DNA of 64,000 bases. It comes from an uncultured Chloroflexia bacterium (lineage in GTDB: Bacteria; Chloroflexota; UBA6077; JACCZL01). Below the pieces are notes generated by a model. The model had not been told where the DNA came from. It did not search any database and was given only the letters and a program-made list of their open reading frames with translations. Below, piece by piece: positions 32,471 through 42,706 of this stretch. Positions within the stretch are counted from its first letter, which is position 1; the number at the start of each line of letters is the position of its first letter. The stretch spans positions 254,916 through 318,915 of the forward strand of contig CAVXYC010000030.1 in the NCBI GenBank assembly GCA_963765765.1, given 5' to 3'. The translations under genes and the position numbers were made by a program.

Positions 32471-33139
32471 ATGGATCAACCGACGAAGATTGAGTTTTAT
32501 CTCAGCCCTAGCTGCCCCTGGGCGTGGCGGACTGCCCTATGGATTCGGCAAGTGGCTGAGCAAGTACCGCTGGAGATTGACTGGAAGCTCTTCAGTCTTG
32601 CAATCGTCAATCGCGGCCATGATTATTCGCCCGACAGCCACAGCTTCGGCTACCAGGCGGAGATTCTGCTCACCGCGGCGCGACATTTCGGCGGGAACGA
32701 TGCTGTCGAGTCACTGTACATGGCTCTGGGCGATGCGCTGCACGGTCGTCGCGAAGAGCGAAATGATACTCTCCTGACCAACGCCCTCACCGCCGCGAAC
32801 CTCCCGGTCTCCCTGCTGGCCGAGTCACGTTCGGACAAGTCCTACGAAGAGGCGCTTGTAGCCAGCCACGAGAAGGCCGTCAACGAGCTCGGCGCGTTTG
32901 GTGTGCCGACGATCCGATTCCCTGATTCAGATATCGCGTTTTTCGGTCCGGTCGTTGATCCTGTCCCGACGGGCGCCGAGGCGTTGGAGCTCTGGGAGCA
33001 CTTCAAGTGGAGTCTCACCAAGCCGTATCTCTACGAGACAAAGCGCAATCGCAACCATAAGGCTGGCCCGCTTGGCCTCAGTGATGTGAACGAGTCAGTT
33101 GCGCCCGTTCGGGCACCCGGACAAGCCGTCACCGCTTAA
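32471..33139 (+). CDS. DsbA/FrnE-family oxidoreductase, Rv2466c (mycoredoxin/nitroreductase)-like
   Basis: PSCPWAWRTALWI, GAFGVPTI, FFGPV, LYETKR. Confidence 0.85.
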   Translation: MDQPTKIEFYLSPSCPWAWRTALWIRQVAEQVPLEIDWKLFSLAIVNRGHDYSPDSHSFGYQAEILLTAARHFGGNDAVESLYMALGDALHGRREERNDTLLTNALTAANLPVSLLAESRSDKSYEEALVASHEKAVNELGAFGVPTIRFPDSDIAFFGPVVDPVPTGAEALELWEHFKWSLTKPYLYETKRNRNHKAGPLGLSDVNESVAPVRAPGQAVTA

Positions 33140-33231
33140 TTCATCGAGAGAAATCCTGAGGCGGGTTCTCCGGACAATCCGCTATCCAGACGCTCGTTGG
33201 GTTAACGAGATCGGAAGGGAGAACCCGCCTC

Positions 33232-33817
33232 CTATCCCCAGGGAAGGGCTTTCCCGGCCGCGCCCAGACGCTGAGCGGCTGTTTCAAGGAGCGCTCGCGC
33301 CTCTTCTTCCCCATGGACAGTATCGCACCCGACTCGTGCCGACCATGCTCTCCACGATTCGAGCGCCATTGCATGTCGGCCCGATTCGGTATGAATCTCC
33401 TGCCCTACAGCAAGCAGCCGGTACTGTAGGTCCTTCGCGGCCACTCCGGAGGCTCGTCATGCGCCGGTTACTGTCCTCGAGGCTGTCCAGGAGTGTCTTC
33501 GCCTGGTTAGAAATGCCCGTCATCTGCCACGCCGCGCGGGCGCTGCCCACCGCCATCAACTCCGGCCATAGCGAGCGATAGACCAGGGTGTCTTTCTTCT
33601 TTACCAGCTTGGTGAGGAGTACATCGGGGTGGTCCGCCAGCTCGTTGAGCACGGAGAAGATCTCGTGAGAGTGTGGATGGCTCCACCAGGACCCGCGGAG
33701 CGACTCACCGGTCACCATACCAACCACGCTCGGGAGACTCGGATCCTGCTTCAACAACATGCCACGCAGCGCAAGCTGCTCGAGGATCATCTCAATGCGG
33801 GGCATCGATCCAGTCAC
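33232..33817 (-). CDS. Hypothetical protein (frameshift near 33450)
   Basis: Protein-like N-part (GSWWSHP, KLVKKKDTLVYRSLWP) joins C-part (EIHTESGRH...LPWG) in ORF 33232..33444. Confidence 0.65.
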
Positions 33818-33882
33818 CGATAAGCGGGCTAGCCTTAGTGAGCGCTGCGCGAGCGGGCAAGATGCCCGTTGCTACGGCCGCC

Positions 33883-34950
33883 CTACTGAAGCTCACCTCG
33901 CCGCACCCGCGCGATGTTCTCCAGTACCTCGCGGACATCGGCTAGCAGCGCATCACCGGTTCCGGCACCAATGTGCGGCGTCAGCACCACATTTGGCAGG
34001 CTGGCCAGGTTCGCCGACGGCGCCGGCGGCTCCTCAGGCCGAACGTCCAGGCCCGCGCCACCAAGATGGCCGTTCTGAAGCGCCGAGATGAGAGCGGGCT
34101 CATCGATCAATCCGCCGCGCGATGTATTGATTAGTATCGATCCCCGCTGCATTGTTGCTATCTGATCCGGCCCGATCATCTGCCGCGTTTCGCCATTGAA
34201 CGGTACGTGCAGACTGACCACATCTGACTCCGCAAGCAGCTCTGGCAGAGGGCGGTATTCCACACCCAGCGCCTGCTCGAGGGCGGTATCAAGTCGGCGG
34301 CGCTGCATATAGACGACGCGCATTCCAAACGGTGCCACCTTACGAGCCAGATCTCGGCCGATCTCTCCCATGCCCACCACGCCCAGCGTCCGTTCTCGGA
34401 GGGAGATCACGCCATCCAGCCGCGCCCAGTTGTATGAGCTCGCGCCGCGCGCGGTATCGGCCTTCCCATCAAGCGACGCCGACTGTCCTGCCAGAAGCCG
34501 CCTGGCTACCGCGAGCATGAGGAGCATTGTATGCTCGGCTACGTCAGAGTTTCCGCGACGACGAAGCGTCGCCACCGGAATACCCCTACCGCGAGCCGCG
34601 TCCAGGTCAATGTTGCGGCAATCCTCGCCGTGTTTCTGAATGAGCCTCAATGCGTTGGCTCGGTCGAGCATCGCAGCGGTGATCTGTGCGCCTTCAGTGA
34701 GAAGGTATTGGACGCCGTCGAGCTGCGATCCCGGATCATCGGACGTGACAAGCTCCGGGACGACAGCCCCGTCCAGACCCGTGTCCCGAGCGTGGCTCCG
34801 CAATCGCTCCAGCGTGACGTCGATGCTGGAGGTGAAAAAGCGGCTGAGCGCCAGGCGCATCGTGTCGTCGAGCGTCTCACCCAGAGCCAGACTTACTAGC
34901 CGAAGGGGTGGATCGTCCTCAGCAACGAGCAGCCGCTCAATCTCAGCCAT
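33883..34950 (-). CDS. D-2-hydroxyacid dehydrogenase family protein
   Basis: VAEH, GVVGMGEIG, INTSRG, GLDVRPEEP, TPHIG. Confidence 0.9.
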   Translation of the reverse strand: MAEIERLLVAEDDPPLRLVSLALGETLDDTMRLALSRFFTSSIDVTLERLRSHARDTGLDGAVVPELVTSDDPGSQLDGVQYLLTEGAQITAAMLDRANALRLIQKHGEDCRNIDLDAARGRGIPVATLRRRGNSDVAEHTMLLMLAVARRLLAGQSASLDGKADTARGASSYNWARLDGVISLRERTLGVVGMGEIGRDLARKVAPFGMRVVYMQRRRLDTALEQALGVEYRPLPELLAESDVVSLHVPFNGETRQMIGPDQIATMQRGSILINTSRGGLIDEPALISALQNGHLGGAGLDVRPEEPPAPSANLASLPNVVLTPHIGAGTGDALLADVREVLENIARVRRGELQ

Positions 34951-34989
34951 GTGTGGCTTTCCAGCATCGCTCCCAGGACGGCGTTCGGA

Positions 34990-36285
34990 TCACGATGATG
35001 CGGCCGCCTCCGTCGGCTGCCCCTGCTGTGCATACCAGAGCAGACCGAGGGTAATGCCCAGGAGCACGGTGGCGCTGATTACCAGCGATGCGTGGATCCC
35101 AATGAACCCGCCCAGCAATCCAACTGTGATGCCGCTGCCCACACGCAGGCCAGACTGGCTGGCGGACAGCAATCCGATCATGGCGCCGCGGAGATTCGGG
35201 GGCGCCTCGAGCTGTACGAGCGTTTGAGCCATTGATGTCACGGCAAGGTTGAGAAAGCCGCCCAGGAACAGGAAAAGCAAGGCCAACGGGTACGTGGTGG
35301 AAATGGCAAAGCCGATGATAACCAGGCACCACAGACAGGCGCAGATGATCGCGGTATTTGCCCTGGGCCGCAGTGCGCCGAGAGTCTCGAGCAGAATGCC
35401 GCCCACAAATCCGCCAATTGCCCCAGCAGCCAGCAGCATGCTATAGCCGGCACCGCTCTCGTCCGAGCCAAGATCGAGTGCGAACTCCGGCATCTGCGCT
35501 TGAAACGCGTTCCCAACAAAGAATGAAGTGGCGCCCGCGAGAACGACCATGGAGAGAATTGTTGGGTTGCCGCCAGCGCCTCGAAGCGATTTGAGTAGCG
35601 AGAGAATCCCGGCTCGCCGAGCCGGCGGAACGCCGGCATCATCGTGAAGATGCCCGGTGTACGGGGTGCGGATGGCCCAGATGCACAGAGGAAGGTAGAT
35701 GAGCGCATTGGCCACCATGCCCCAGCCGGGACCAAGGAGAACGAGTAGTCCGCCGCCGACGGCCGGGCCGAGCACGATTCCCAGACTACGCCCCAGGGAA
35801 GCTGTCCGTACTGCGCTCAGGAGGCCGCCTCGCCCCACGATGTCGTAAATGACGAGCTGATTGGCGGGAAGCTGAATGACGCCAGCGAAACCGTGTACGG
35901 CGAGGAGAACGACGGCATGCCAGACTTCCAGTGTATTAGTGAGAAACAAGTACGCCCAGCCGAGCGAGACGAGCATGAACAGGACCTGCGAAATGACGAT
36001 GAGCTTGCGGCAGTCGCCTCGATCCGCCAGATGCCCGGCCCACACGGCGAGAACCAGAAACGGAAGCCAGTGGCTAATGACTGCATAGCCGGCGAGTATT
36101 GGAGACTGGAACTGCTGGAATAGCTCCCAGTAGCTGATCACGTGCTCGATATTGTCACCCAGCATCCACGTAGACGTACCAAGCAAATACCAGCGGAAGG
36201 GGGAATTCCTTAGCGCGGCGAAGGCGAGTGCGTCAGGAGCGGGCGAGGCGACCGTGGTCGAGCGCACCGCGGTTGTATCAGACAT
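34990..36285 (-). CDS. MFS transporter
   Basis: About 12 TM segments, GHLADRGDCRK motif A, APPNLRG. Confidence 0.9.
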   Translation of the reverse strand: MSDTTAVRSTTVASPAPDALAFAALRNSPFRWYLLGTSTWMLGDNIEHVISYWELFQQFQSPILAGYAVISHWLPFLVLAVWAGHLADRGDCRKLIVISQVLFMLVSLGWAYLFLTNTLEVWHAVVLLAVHGFAGVIQLPANQLVIYDIVGRGGLLSAVRTASLGRSLGIVLGPAVGGGLLVLLGPGWGMVANALIYLPLCIWAIRTPYTGHLHDDAGVPPARRAGILSLLKSLRGAGGNPTILSMVVLAGATSFFVGNAFQAQMPEFALDLGSDESGAGYSMLLAAGAIGGFVGGILLETLGALRPRANTAIICACLWCLVIIGFAISTTYPLALLFLFLGGFLNLAVTSMAQTLVQLEAPPNLRGAMIGLLSASQSGLRVGSGITVGLLGGFIGIHASLVISATVLLGITLGLLWYAQQGQPTEAAASS

Positions 36286-36490
36286 GGTGCGCTAGGCTAT
36301 CATCCATCGCGTCAGCGGGTCGAGCTAGTGCGACCGAGTTGCCCGGCTCCATTCTGCCGAGGGCGGCTGGAGTCCGGCCGCCCTTTCCTGCCAATCACCC
36401 ACGTGCTACATTGTCAGGAGCGCTCGCCTCGCGTCCCACTCCCCAACGGTCCGACCCGTCATCGGATCCGAATGAGCGACCGAAGCTACC

Positions 36491-39412
36491 GTGCAGGCAA
36501 TCGCAGTCATCCGATCCGGATCACTCCCCTCGCAAGGCGCATCTCCACTGGCCATTGAGGCTACGCAGTTTGGCGTAGGCCTGTACTGTCTCGCCCTTGG
36601 CACATTGATGCTGGTGGCGCCGCACGTGTTTCACGCGGGGATGTACCAGGCATTTCATCCTGCCCTGCCCTGGTGGGGCATGCTCTTCACTATCGGAGCC
36701 GTGGGCATCGGCCTCGCGTCGATGCGCGCGGTGGACGGCCCGATGCGGATGCTGCTGCACGTTCCGTCCGTCGCCGGGCTTCTGGCAATTGCCGGTGTCT
36801 GGCTTTCGCTCCGAGCCTGGTCCATCGCGGCTGCCTACGGAATTCTGACCGGGGCTACTGTTTACGCCGCCACGCAGCGCGCGACAGCGGATGACGATAC
36901 TCCGCCGTCGGTGGATCTACTCCCGCTGACTTTTGGTCTCATCGGGATTGTCAGCGGCGTGTCAATGCTGGTGGAGCCCGGAGGCGTTTCGTTGCGCGGG
37001 CTGGATCCGACCCTTCTTGGTGTCCTGTTCGGCCTGTCGTACATTTTGAGCGGCGGTGTCATGCTTCTGGCACATCTTCGCCGCGGCAAGCTCCCGCGAG
37101 CCAGTGCTGTTGCGCAGATCTCGTTGGCTGCGCTCCTGGTCATCATGTGCGCTCTCATTTTTGTAGCCGGACCACGAGCCTGGATTACGCTCGTGTTCAC
37201 TATTGCCTTTGCGCCCATACTGGCGGCCCAACCCTGGCTGGGCCCACGGCTGCATCACGCCATCCGTTCATTCCGAGCGCGTGTGGCGCTCCTCGCCATG
37301 TCGGCAGCGGCGTTACCGCTCATCGCCACGGTTTCGCTCGTCTCCGGCCAGCAGGATCGAGCTTCCGTATCGGAGGCAATCGACAGCGAGGTGAATGCGG
37401 CGGAGAACACCGCCCGCGACCTCGATCGATACATCGACTCACGAATGGCAGCTATCGCGGCGATTGCCGGCCAGCCGGGACTAATCAGCCGGCCCATCGA
37501 TGAGCAACGCATCATGCTGCAAGCCACATCGCGAGCCTACCCGGACATCGCAAACGTGGCGCTGTTCGATCAAAACGGTACTCAGCTCGCGAGGAGCGAC
37601 GGTGGAGCCCTTGTGCAGCCTGAGCCCGGCAGTGAGGGCCGGGCGCTGTACGATTCTCTTCAGGACTCCGATCGACCGATCGTGGCTGTGGTGCGTAAGG
37701 CTGGTACGCATGCGCCCGTCATGGCCATCGGCGTGCCAATTCTGGGAGCGCGCGGGGAATTCCTTGGGACGGTGATTGGAGGCCCCAGTATTGGGCAGCT
37801 CAACAGAATCATCGATCGTTCCGCCAAGTCGCCGGGGCGTCAAACGTATGTCGTGGATGAGCAAGGCCGCGCGGTGGCGAACCAGGACACCCGGCTCGTA
37901 ATTGAAGGAGCAGACTTTTCCAGCCGCCCCCCGGTACAAGCGCTGCTCGCCGCCGCACCTCAGGGGGGATTCAGCTACGGAGGGATGTCGGACAGGCAGC
38001 TTGCAGGGATCGCTCGGCTTTCGAACACCGGCTGGGGTGTCATCTCGGAGCGACCGGCGGTGGAGGCTCTGGCGGATGATCAGCGCTCGCGCGAGGTGGT
38101 ATTCGGCATTCTCTGGCTAGCGATCTTGATCAGTGCGGGCGCCGGTGCGCTCATGGCCAGCCGGCTCGTTCGCCCACTCCGCCTGCTGGGCCAGGCTGCG
38201 ACAGACTTCGGGAGCGGCGTGCAAAGGCAGCTCCCTACGGCCAATACGCGGGAGATTTCCACCCTGATTGCGGAAATTGATCGCATGCGGCAGAGCATCG
38301 CCGTGCGCGAGCAGGATCTGCAGGCAGCGGAGCTGCATTATCGTCACTTGTTCGAGGGCAGTCCCGCTCCGGCCTGGATCATGGATCGCCACACCCTTCA
38401 ATTCCTCGACGTGAATGAGGCCACGATCCGTGCTCTGGGCTACTCGCGTGCCCAGCTTCTGGACATGCGATTTGGCCAGCTTCGTTTAGAGCTAGATAGC
38501 GACCCTCTGGAATCGAATGTGGGAGGCATGGAACGTCATCGGCTGCTAAGAGGTCCTTCCGCGGGCGAGAATCAGATCATGGACGTGGAAATAACGGCCC
38601 GTCCCATCACGTTCCGCGGACGTGAAGCGCTGCTCACCGTCATGCATGACATCACGGAACGAGCACAGGCAGTCGCCCTCCGCGATGAGTTCTTCTCGAT
38701 TGCCGCGCACGAGCTAAAGACGCCGATCACGGTACTGCGCGGACAGTCGCAGCTCAATCTCCGTCGACTCGCTCGCAATGGCGGCATGATGCTCGACCAG
38801 GTTGGTATCGCGTTCACAACGATTGACGAGCAGAGTCGAAAGCTGCAACGCCTCGTAGATCAGCTTCTTGATGTGTCGAGAATCGAGTCGGGTCGCTTGA
38901 GGTTGGATGTGGAGGAGACGAACGTCGTCTCAATCGTTCGTTCAGCTGTAGAGAGCGCGCGCCTTCGCGGCGGGAATCGCCCCGTGGAAATGAGCTCTCC
39001 TGACGAAGTCATTGCCCGAGTGGATCCAATGCGATTGGAGCAGGTGCTCGCGAATCTTCTGGATAACGCGCTCAAGTACAGCCCCGCCACGGAGTCAATT
39101 GAGGTAGCTGTCTCGACAAGTCAAGCGTCTCCATTCACTGATGTGGAAAACGGGGCGACATCGGTCGTGCGGATTGAGGTTCGAGATTACGGCCGAGGAA
39201 TTCCGGACCAGGACCACGAGCGTATTTTTCAACGATTCCAGCAGGTGCATGCGAACGACCAGGTGAAGGGATTTGGTCTTGGCCTATATGTCTGCCGTCA
39301 GATTGTGGAGCTTCACGGCGGGGTGATCCAAGTGGAATCGGCCGGGAACGGCACACGATTTATCGTGACGTTGCCCATCGAGGCGCGCGTGTTCGCAGAA
39401 GTCGCGGAGTAG
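36491..39412 (+). CDS. Sensor histidine kinase (multi-TM, Cache, HAMP, PAS, HisKA, HATPase); start uncertain
   Basis: AAHELKTP H-box, NLLDNALKYS, DYGRGI, GFGLGL; PAS VNEAT...GYSR; HAMP RPLRLL. Confidence 0.92.
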   Translation: MQAIAVIRSGSLPSQGASPLAIEATQFGVGLYCLALGTLMLVAPHVFHAGMYQAFHPALPWWGMLFTIGAVGIGLASMRAVDGPMRMLLHVPSVAGLLAIAGVWLSLRAWSIAAAYGILTGATVYAATQRATADDDTPPSVDLLPLTFGLIGIVSGVSMLVEPGGVSLRGLDPTLLGVLFGLSYILSGGVMLLAHLRRGKLPRASAVAQISLAALLVIMCALIFVAGPRAWITLVFTIAFAPILAAQPWLGPRLHHAIRSFRARVALLAMSAAALPLIATVSLVSGQQDRASVSEAIDSEVNAAENTARDLDRYIDSRMAAIAAIAGQPGLISRPIDEQRIMLQATSRAYPDIANVALFDQNGTQLARSDGGALVQPEPGSEGRALYDSLQDSDRPIVAVVRKAGTHAPVMAIGVPILGARGEFLGTVIGGPSIGQLNRIIDRSAKSPGRQTYVVDEQGRAVANQDTRLVIEGADFSSRPPVQALLAAAPQGGFSYGGMSDRQLAGIARLSNTGWGVISERPAVEALADDQRSREVVFGILWLAILISAGAGALMASRLVRPLRLLGQAATDFGSGVQRQLPTANTREISTLIAEIDRMRQSIAVREQDLQAAELHYRHLFEGSPAPAWIMDRHTLQFLDVNEATIRALGYSRAQLLDMRFGQLRLELDSDPLESNVGGMERHRLLRGPSAGENQIMDVEITARPITFRGREALLTVMHDITERAQAVALRDEFFSIAAHELKTPITVLRGQSQLNLRRLARNGGMMLDQVGIAFTTIDEQSRKLQRLVDQLLDVSRIESGRLRLDVEETNVVSIVRSAVESARLRGGNRPVEMSSPDEVIARVDPMRLEQVLANLLDNALKYSPATESIEVAVSTSQASPFTDVENGATSVVRIEVRDYGRGIPDQDHERIFQRFQQVHANDQVKGFGLGLYVCRQIVELHGGVIQVESAGNGTRFIVTLPIEARVFAEVAE

Positions 39413-39540
39413 CTACCGCTTGTACGCAGAGCTTTTGCGTTCGTTCGTAATGCAGTGGAATGTATTTCCGCCGTACTCCGGCGATCACGCCTCCAGATTC
39501 CCGCGAAACGATGGCATGAATCCGCGGGATGAGAAGATCG

Positions 39541-40473
39541 TCAGAGTCGACCAGCGACCAGCGTGATCCCCACCAGACCGAGGATTAGAAGCGCCATGCC
39601 GATTACCTCAATTCTGCGCAGCCGTTCTTTGAATAGCCGTCGCGACACGACGTAAGAGAAGAGCAGCTCTATCAGGCCCAGCGTACGGACGTGCGCGACC
39701 GGCTCGAGGGCCATAGCCGTGAACCAGCCAATTGAGGCGGCAGCGCCCATGAAGCCCGCCAGGAGCGATGTCCTCCAAGCTTGCAGCACCTTCACAACAA
39801 CGTGCGGCCGTCTCGCAAGCAGCCAGCCGCCCAGCGCTACAGTTTGTACGAACTGCGCCCACAGTAGGGTGTATGCCGCGGCAACGGCGACCCCCGACGA
39901 GGGTAGCGTTAGCGCGGCGCCACGGTAACCCACGGCGGAGAGCGCAAAACCGGCGCCCGAGAGTACTCCCAGCAGTGCAGTGCGGCTCGCCCAGCCTCCG
40001 ATCAGGTCGCCCACTGGATGATCGGCAGTAGGAACAGAAAGCAGAATGACGCCAAGCGTTGAGATGACGATTGCCGCCGCAGTCAGTGGCGATAGCGGAT
40101 CGCCAACCAGCACCGCGCCGAAGAATGCCGCCTGGATCACCTCGCTCTTGGAGTAAGCTACGCCAAGCGTAAAGTTCCGCTCCTCCATCACGCGTAGCAG
40201 GAGCGCCGTGGCAGCGATCTGCGCTGCCCCCGCCATGACTACCCAGCCGAAGAAGCGAATGTCTACCGAGGGAATCGGCGCTCGTGTGATGACCAGCAGG
40301 ATCACAACGTAGGCTGCCGCGAAGGGTAGTCCGTATAGGAACCGGACCAGCGTTGCGCCAATTGTCCCCAGACTGGGTACCAGGTGGCGCTGGGCAGCGT
40401 TCCGGAGCGTCTGGGCAAACGCTGCCCAGATCGTTAGCGGTATCCAGAGCGACGCGAAGGACAATGGTTCCAA
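39541..40473 (-). CDS. DMT/EamA family transporter
   Basis: About 10 TM segments, QTLRNAAQRHL, RNFTLGVAYSKSE. Confidence 0.88.
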   Translation of the reverse strand: MEPLSFASLWIPLTIWAAFAQTLRNAAQRHLVPSLGTIGATLVRFLYGLPFAAAYVVILLVITRAPIPSVDIRFFGWVVMAGAAQIAATALLLRVMEERNFTLGVAYSKSEVIQAAFFGAVLVGDPLSPLTAAAIVISTLGVILLSVPTADHPVGDLIGGWASRTALLGVLSGAGFALSAVGYRGAALTLPSSGVAVAAAYTLLWAQFVQTVALGGWLLARRPHVVVKVLQAWRTSLLAGFMGAAASIGWFTAMALEPVAHVRTLGLIELLFSYVVSRRLFKERLRRIEVIGMALLILGLVGITLVAGRL

Positions 40474-40582
40474 GAGCAGAGGAAACCATAACAGGCGTTA
40501 GGGCGTCTTGGGGGGCGTGAGAGGCGATTCGCCTCCCCACCCTAGCCAGGCCCCTAACCCGCTATAGTCCCAGAGTTCCCCT

Positions 40583-41836
40583 ATGCAGTCTCAGTCATCC
40601 GTATCCGCTCCGCGCGCTCCCGATCCTTTCGCTCCCGATCCCCGCTCCTGGCGCACCTCATTCTCCATCCTGTGGATCTGTCAGACGGGGATGTTCATTG
40701 CCTTCCAATCATCCCTGCCGTTTATCGCGCTGTACATCCAGCAGCTCGGCGTGCCGGATCAAGCCGGCGCGGCCGCCTGGGCTGGGGCGATCAATGGCGC
40801 CGCTCTCGCGGTGTACGCGGTGATGAACGTTGTCTGGGGAGCGCTGTCCGACCGCTGGGGCCTCAAGAGCGGACTCATTCGTTCGCAGCTCTTTGCCGCG
40901 GCCGGGTTTCTGGGGGCAGCGCTGGCCCAAGCGCCTGAGCACGTCCTGATTGCCAGGCTCACCAGCAGCATCGGCGGTGGGGCGAACTCGGCAGCGCTCA
41001 CCCTGGTCGCCACGCTTGCACCCAGCACAAGTCTGGGCATGGCCATGGGGCTCATGCAGACGGGCGCCTCGCTGGGTGGTTCGCTGGGGCCGGCAATTGG
41101 CGGCTTTATCGGGGACTATCTTGGCTTTCGATGGGCCTTTGCCGGGGCAACGGGGCTTGCGCTACTCACCGCTCTCAGCGCCGCTCTATTCATCAAGGAG
41201 CCGCCGCGTCCACCCCGCCCTAAAGGAGGCGAGGGCCTCTTCGCGGGGTTTCAGTATGTCGTGCACTCACCGGCACTCAGCGGTCTGATGCTCCTGATGT
41301 TCCTGTTCCAGATTGGCTACGCATCAGTCATGACGTTTGTGCCACTTCGGCTCCAAGAGCTTGTTCCAGAGACCGAAGTCGGTCGATGGTCCGGAGCGGC
41401 GCTGATCGGCGATGCGTTGGGCATTGCTGTGGGCGCATCGCTACTGGGTTGGCTCTCCGCGCGGTTGGGCGAGCGGCGGGTGCTGATGGTGAGCTGCACG
41501 GTAGCCGCAATCGTCACGGCCGCTCACCTCATCGTGCACATACCTGAAGGCGTGATAGCGCTGCGATTCATCTTGGGCTTATGCACCGGCGGATTCCTAT
41601 CGGTCCTTCGTTCGCTCCTCGGAACTCAGGCAGAGCCGGCCAGAAGGGGAATCACCTATGGCATCAGTCAGGGCGCCTATTCGCTGGCCATCTCGATCGC
41701 ATCTGTCATGGGCTCAATCGCGATTCAGATCGGCGGACTGACGGGTACGTTCTTTGCCGCGTCTGTCATCCTGTTGATAGCCGTGGTCTGGGCCGCGCGC
41801 GCAGCCGGTCCAGGACGGCTTTTGAAATCCGCGTAG
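40583..41836 (+). CDS. MFS transporter (DHA1/MdtG-like)
   Basis: WGALSDRWG motif A, GPAIGG motif C, about 12 TM segments. Confidence 0.9.
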   Translation: MQSQSSVSAPRAPDPFAPDPRSWRTSFSILWICQTGMFIAFQSSLPFIALYIQQLGVPDQAGAAAWAGAINGAALAVYAVMNVVWGALSDRWGLKSGLIRSQLFAAAGFLGAALAQAPEHVLIARLTSSIGGGANSAALTLVATLAPSTSLGMAMGLMQTGASLGGSLGPAIGGFIGDYLGFRWAFAGATGLALLTALSAALFIKEPPRPPRPKGGEGLFAGFQYVVHSPALSGLMLLMFLFQIGYASVMTFVPLRLQELVPETEVGRWSGAALIGDALGIAVGASLLGWLSARLGERRVLMVSCTVAAIVTAAHLIVHIPEGVIALRFILGLCTGGFLSVLRSLLGTQAEPARRGITYGISQGAYSLAISIASVMGSIAIQIGGLTGTFFAASVILLIAVVWAARAAGPGRLLKSA

Positions 41837-41899
41837 GCATTGGAACTGAGGGCGTGATGGCCCAATGCGGTTAGTTAAGGAGCAGGACTAATATCAGTG

Positions 41900-41999
41900 C
41901 CGGTGGGACAGTCGTCTCGACTGTCCCGTGGGCCGGCTTGGGGTTCGGACGGGACAGTCGAGACGTTTGTCCCACCGGGGCAGCGACGTCTGTCCCACT
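41900..41999. repeat. REP-like family B inverted pair plus a third partial copy
   Basis: ccggtgggacagtcgtctcgactgtcccgt (41900-41929), acgggacagtcgagacgtttgtcccaccgg (41949-41978), gacgtctgtcccact. Confidence 0.85.
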
Positions 42000-42055
42000 G
42001 GCCATTTCGCGCTTAGTCAGAGCGAGTTGAGTGAGAAAGCCCCAGACCTACAGGG

Positions 42056-42706
42056 TCAAGACGGTTTCAAGAACGACCAGCCACGAGCGCGTTTGCCTTT
42101 GATGGATCGCGTAACAGCGCCCACGGACGCCAGCGCTGTCTCCAGCTCTGAGAGCACTTCGGCGTTGCCCTCCACCATCTCTCCCTCAATTTCGAAATCG
42201 AGATAGTCGGTGCCAGGCATCGTCGTGATGTCGAGATCTAGCTCGACAATTGCGTCGCCACCCGATAGTCGCATGCTGCGACGATCGTTCTCGAGTACGA
42301 GCTTTGTGGGCCCCAGATCCGTAGTCGCCCGACGTGCGAGCGCAACTGGCTCCGGCATTGGCTCTACCTCAAGGGGGTCGACGTCCCTTGGAAGCAACGT
42401 TGTGACCTCGAGTCGTCGAAAGACGCCGCCGTGGACTTCAGACGCTCCCTTGTACGTTAGCTCAGCCTCGAGGGAGCCTTCGATCGTACGCCAACGCAGG
42501 TTACCGCCAGCCCGATCCAGGGCGGAGTCCGGGCTATCGTAATAACGGTTGTAGAGGTGCAGTGTGCGCCTCGAGATGACATCAAATGAGCCCACGCGGT
42601 CAAGCGCCCAGACTCGATCCAGCATCTCGGCCTCGTGAGGTTGGAGCTTAAGCTCCACCTCGTAATTCTCAGTTGAAATAAGCTTTGCTGCCTGTGCCGT
42701 TTTCAT
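42056..42706 (-). CDS. CYTH (triphosphate tunnel) domain protein
   Basis: EVELK, YYDSPD, LRWR, LTYK, EIEGE. Confidence 0.88.
   Translation of the reverse strand: MKTAQAAKLISTENYEVELKLQPHEAEMLDRVWALDRVGSFDVISRRTLHLYNRYYDSPDSALDRAGGNLRWRTIEGSLEAELTYKGASEVHGGVFRRLEVTTLLPRDVDPLEVEPMPEPVALARRATTDLGPTKLVLENDRRSMRLSGGDAIVELDLDITTMPGTDYLDFEIEGEMVEGNAEVLSELETALASVGAVTRSIKGKRARGWSFLKPS

Noticed and set aside
39440-39480. Further copy of the family C REP (gtaatgcagtggaatgtatttccgc)
   Set aside because: Too degenerate to call by eye.
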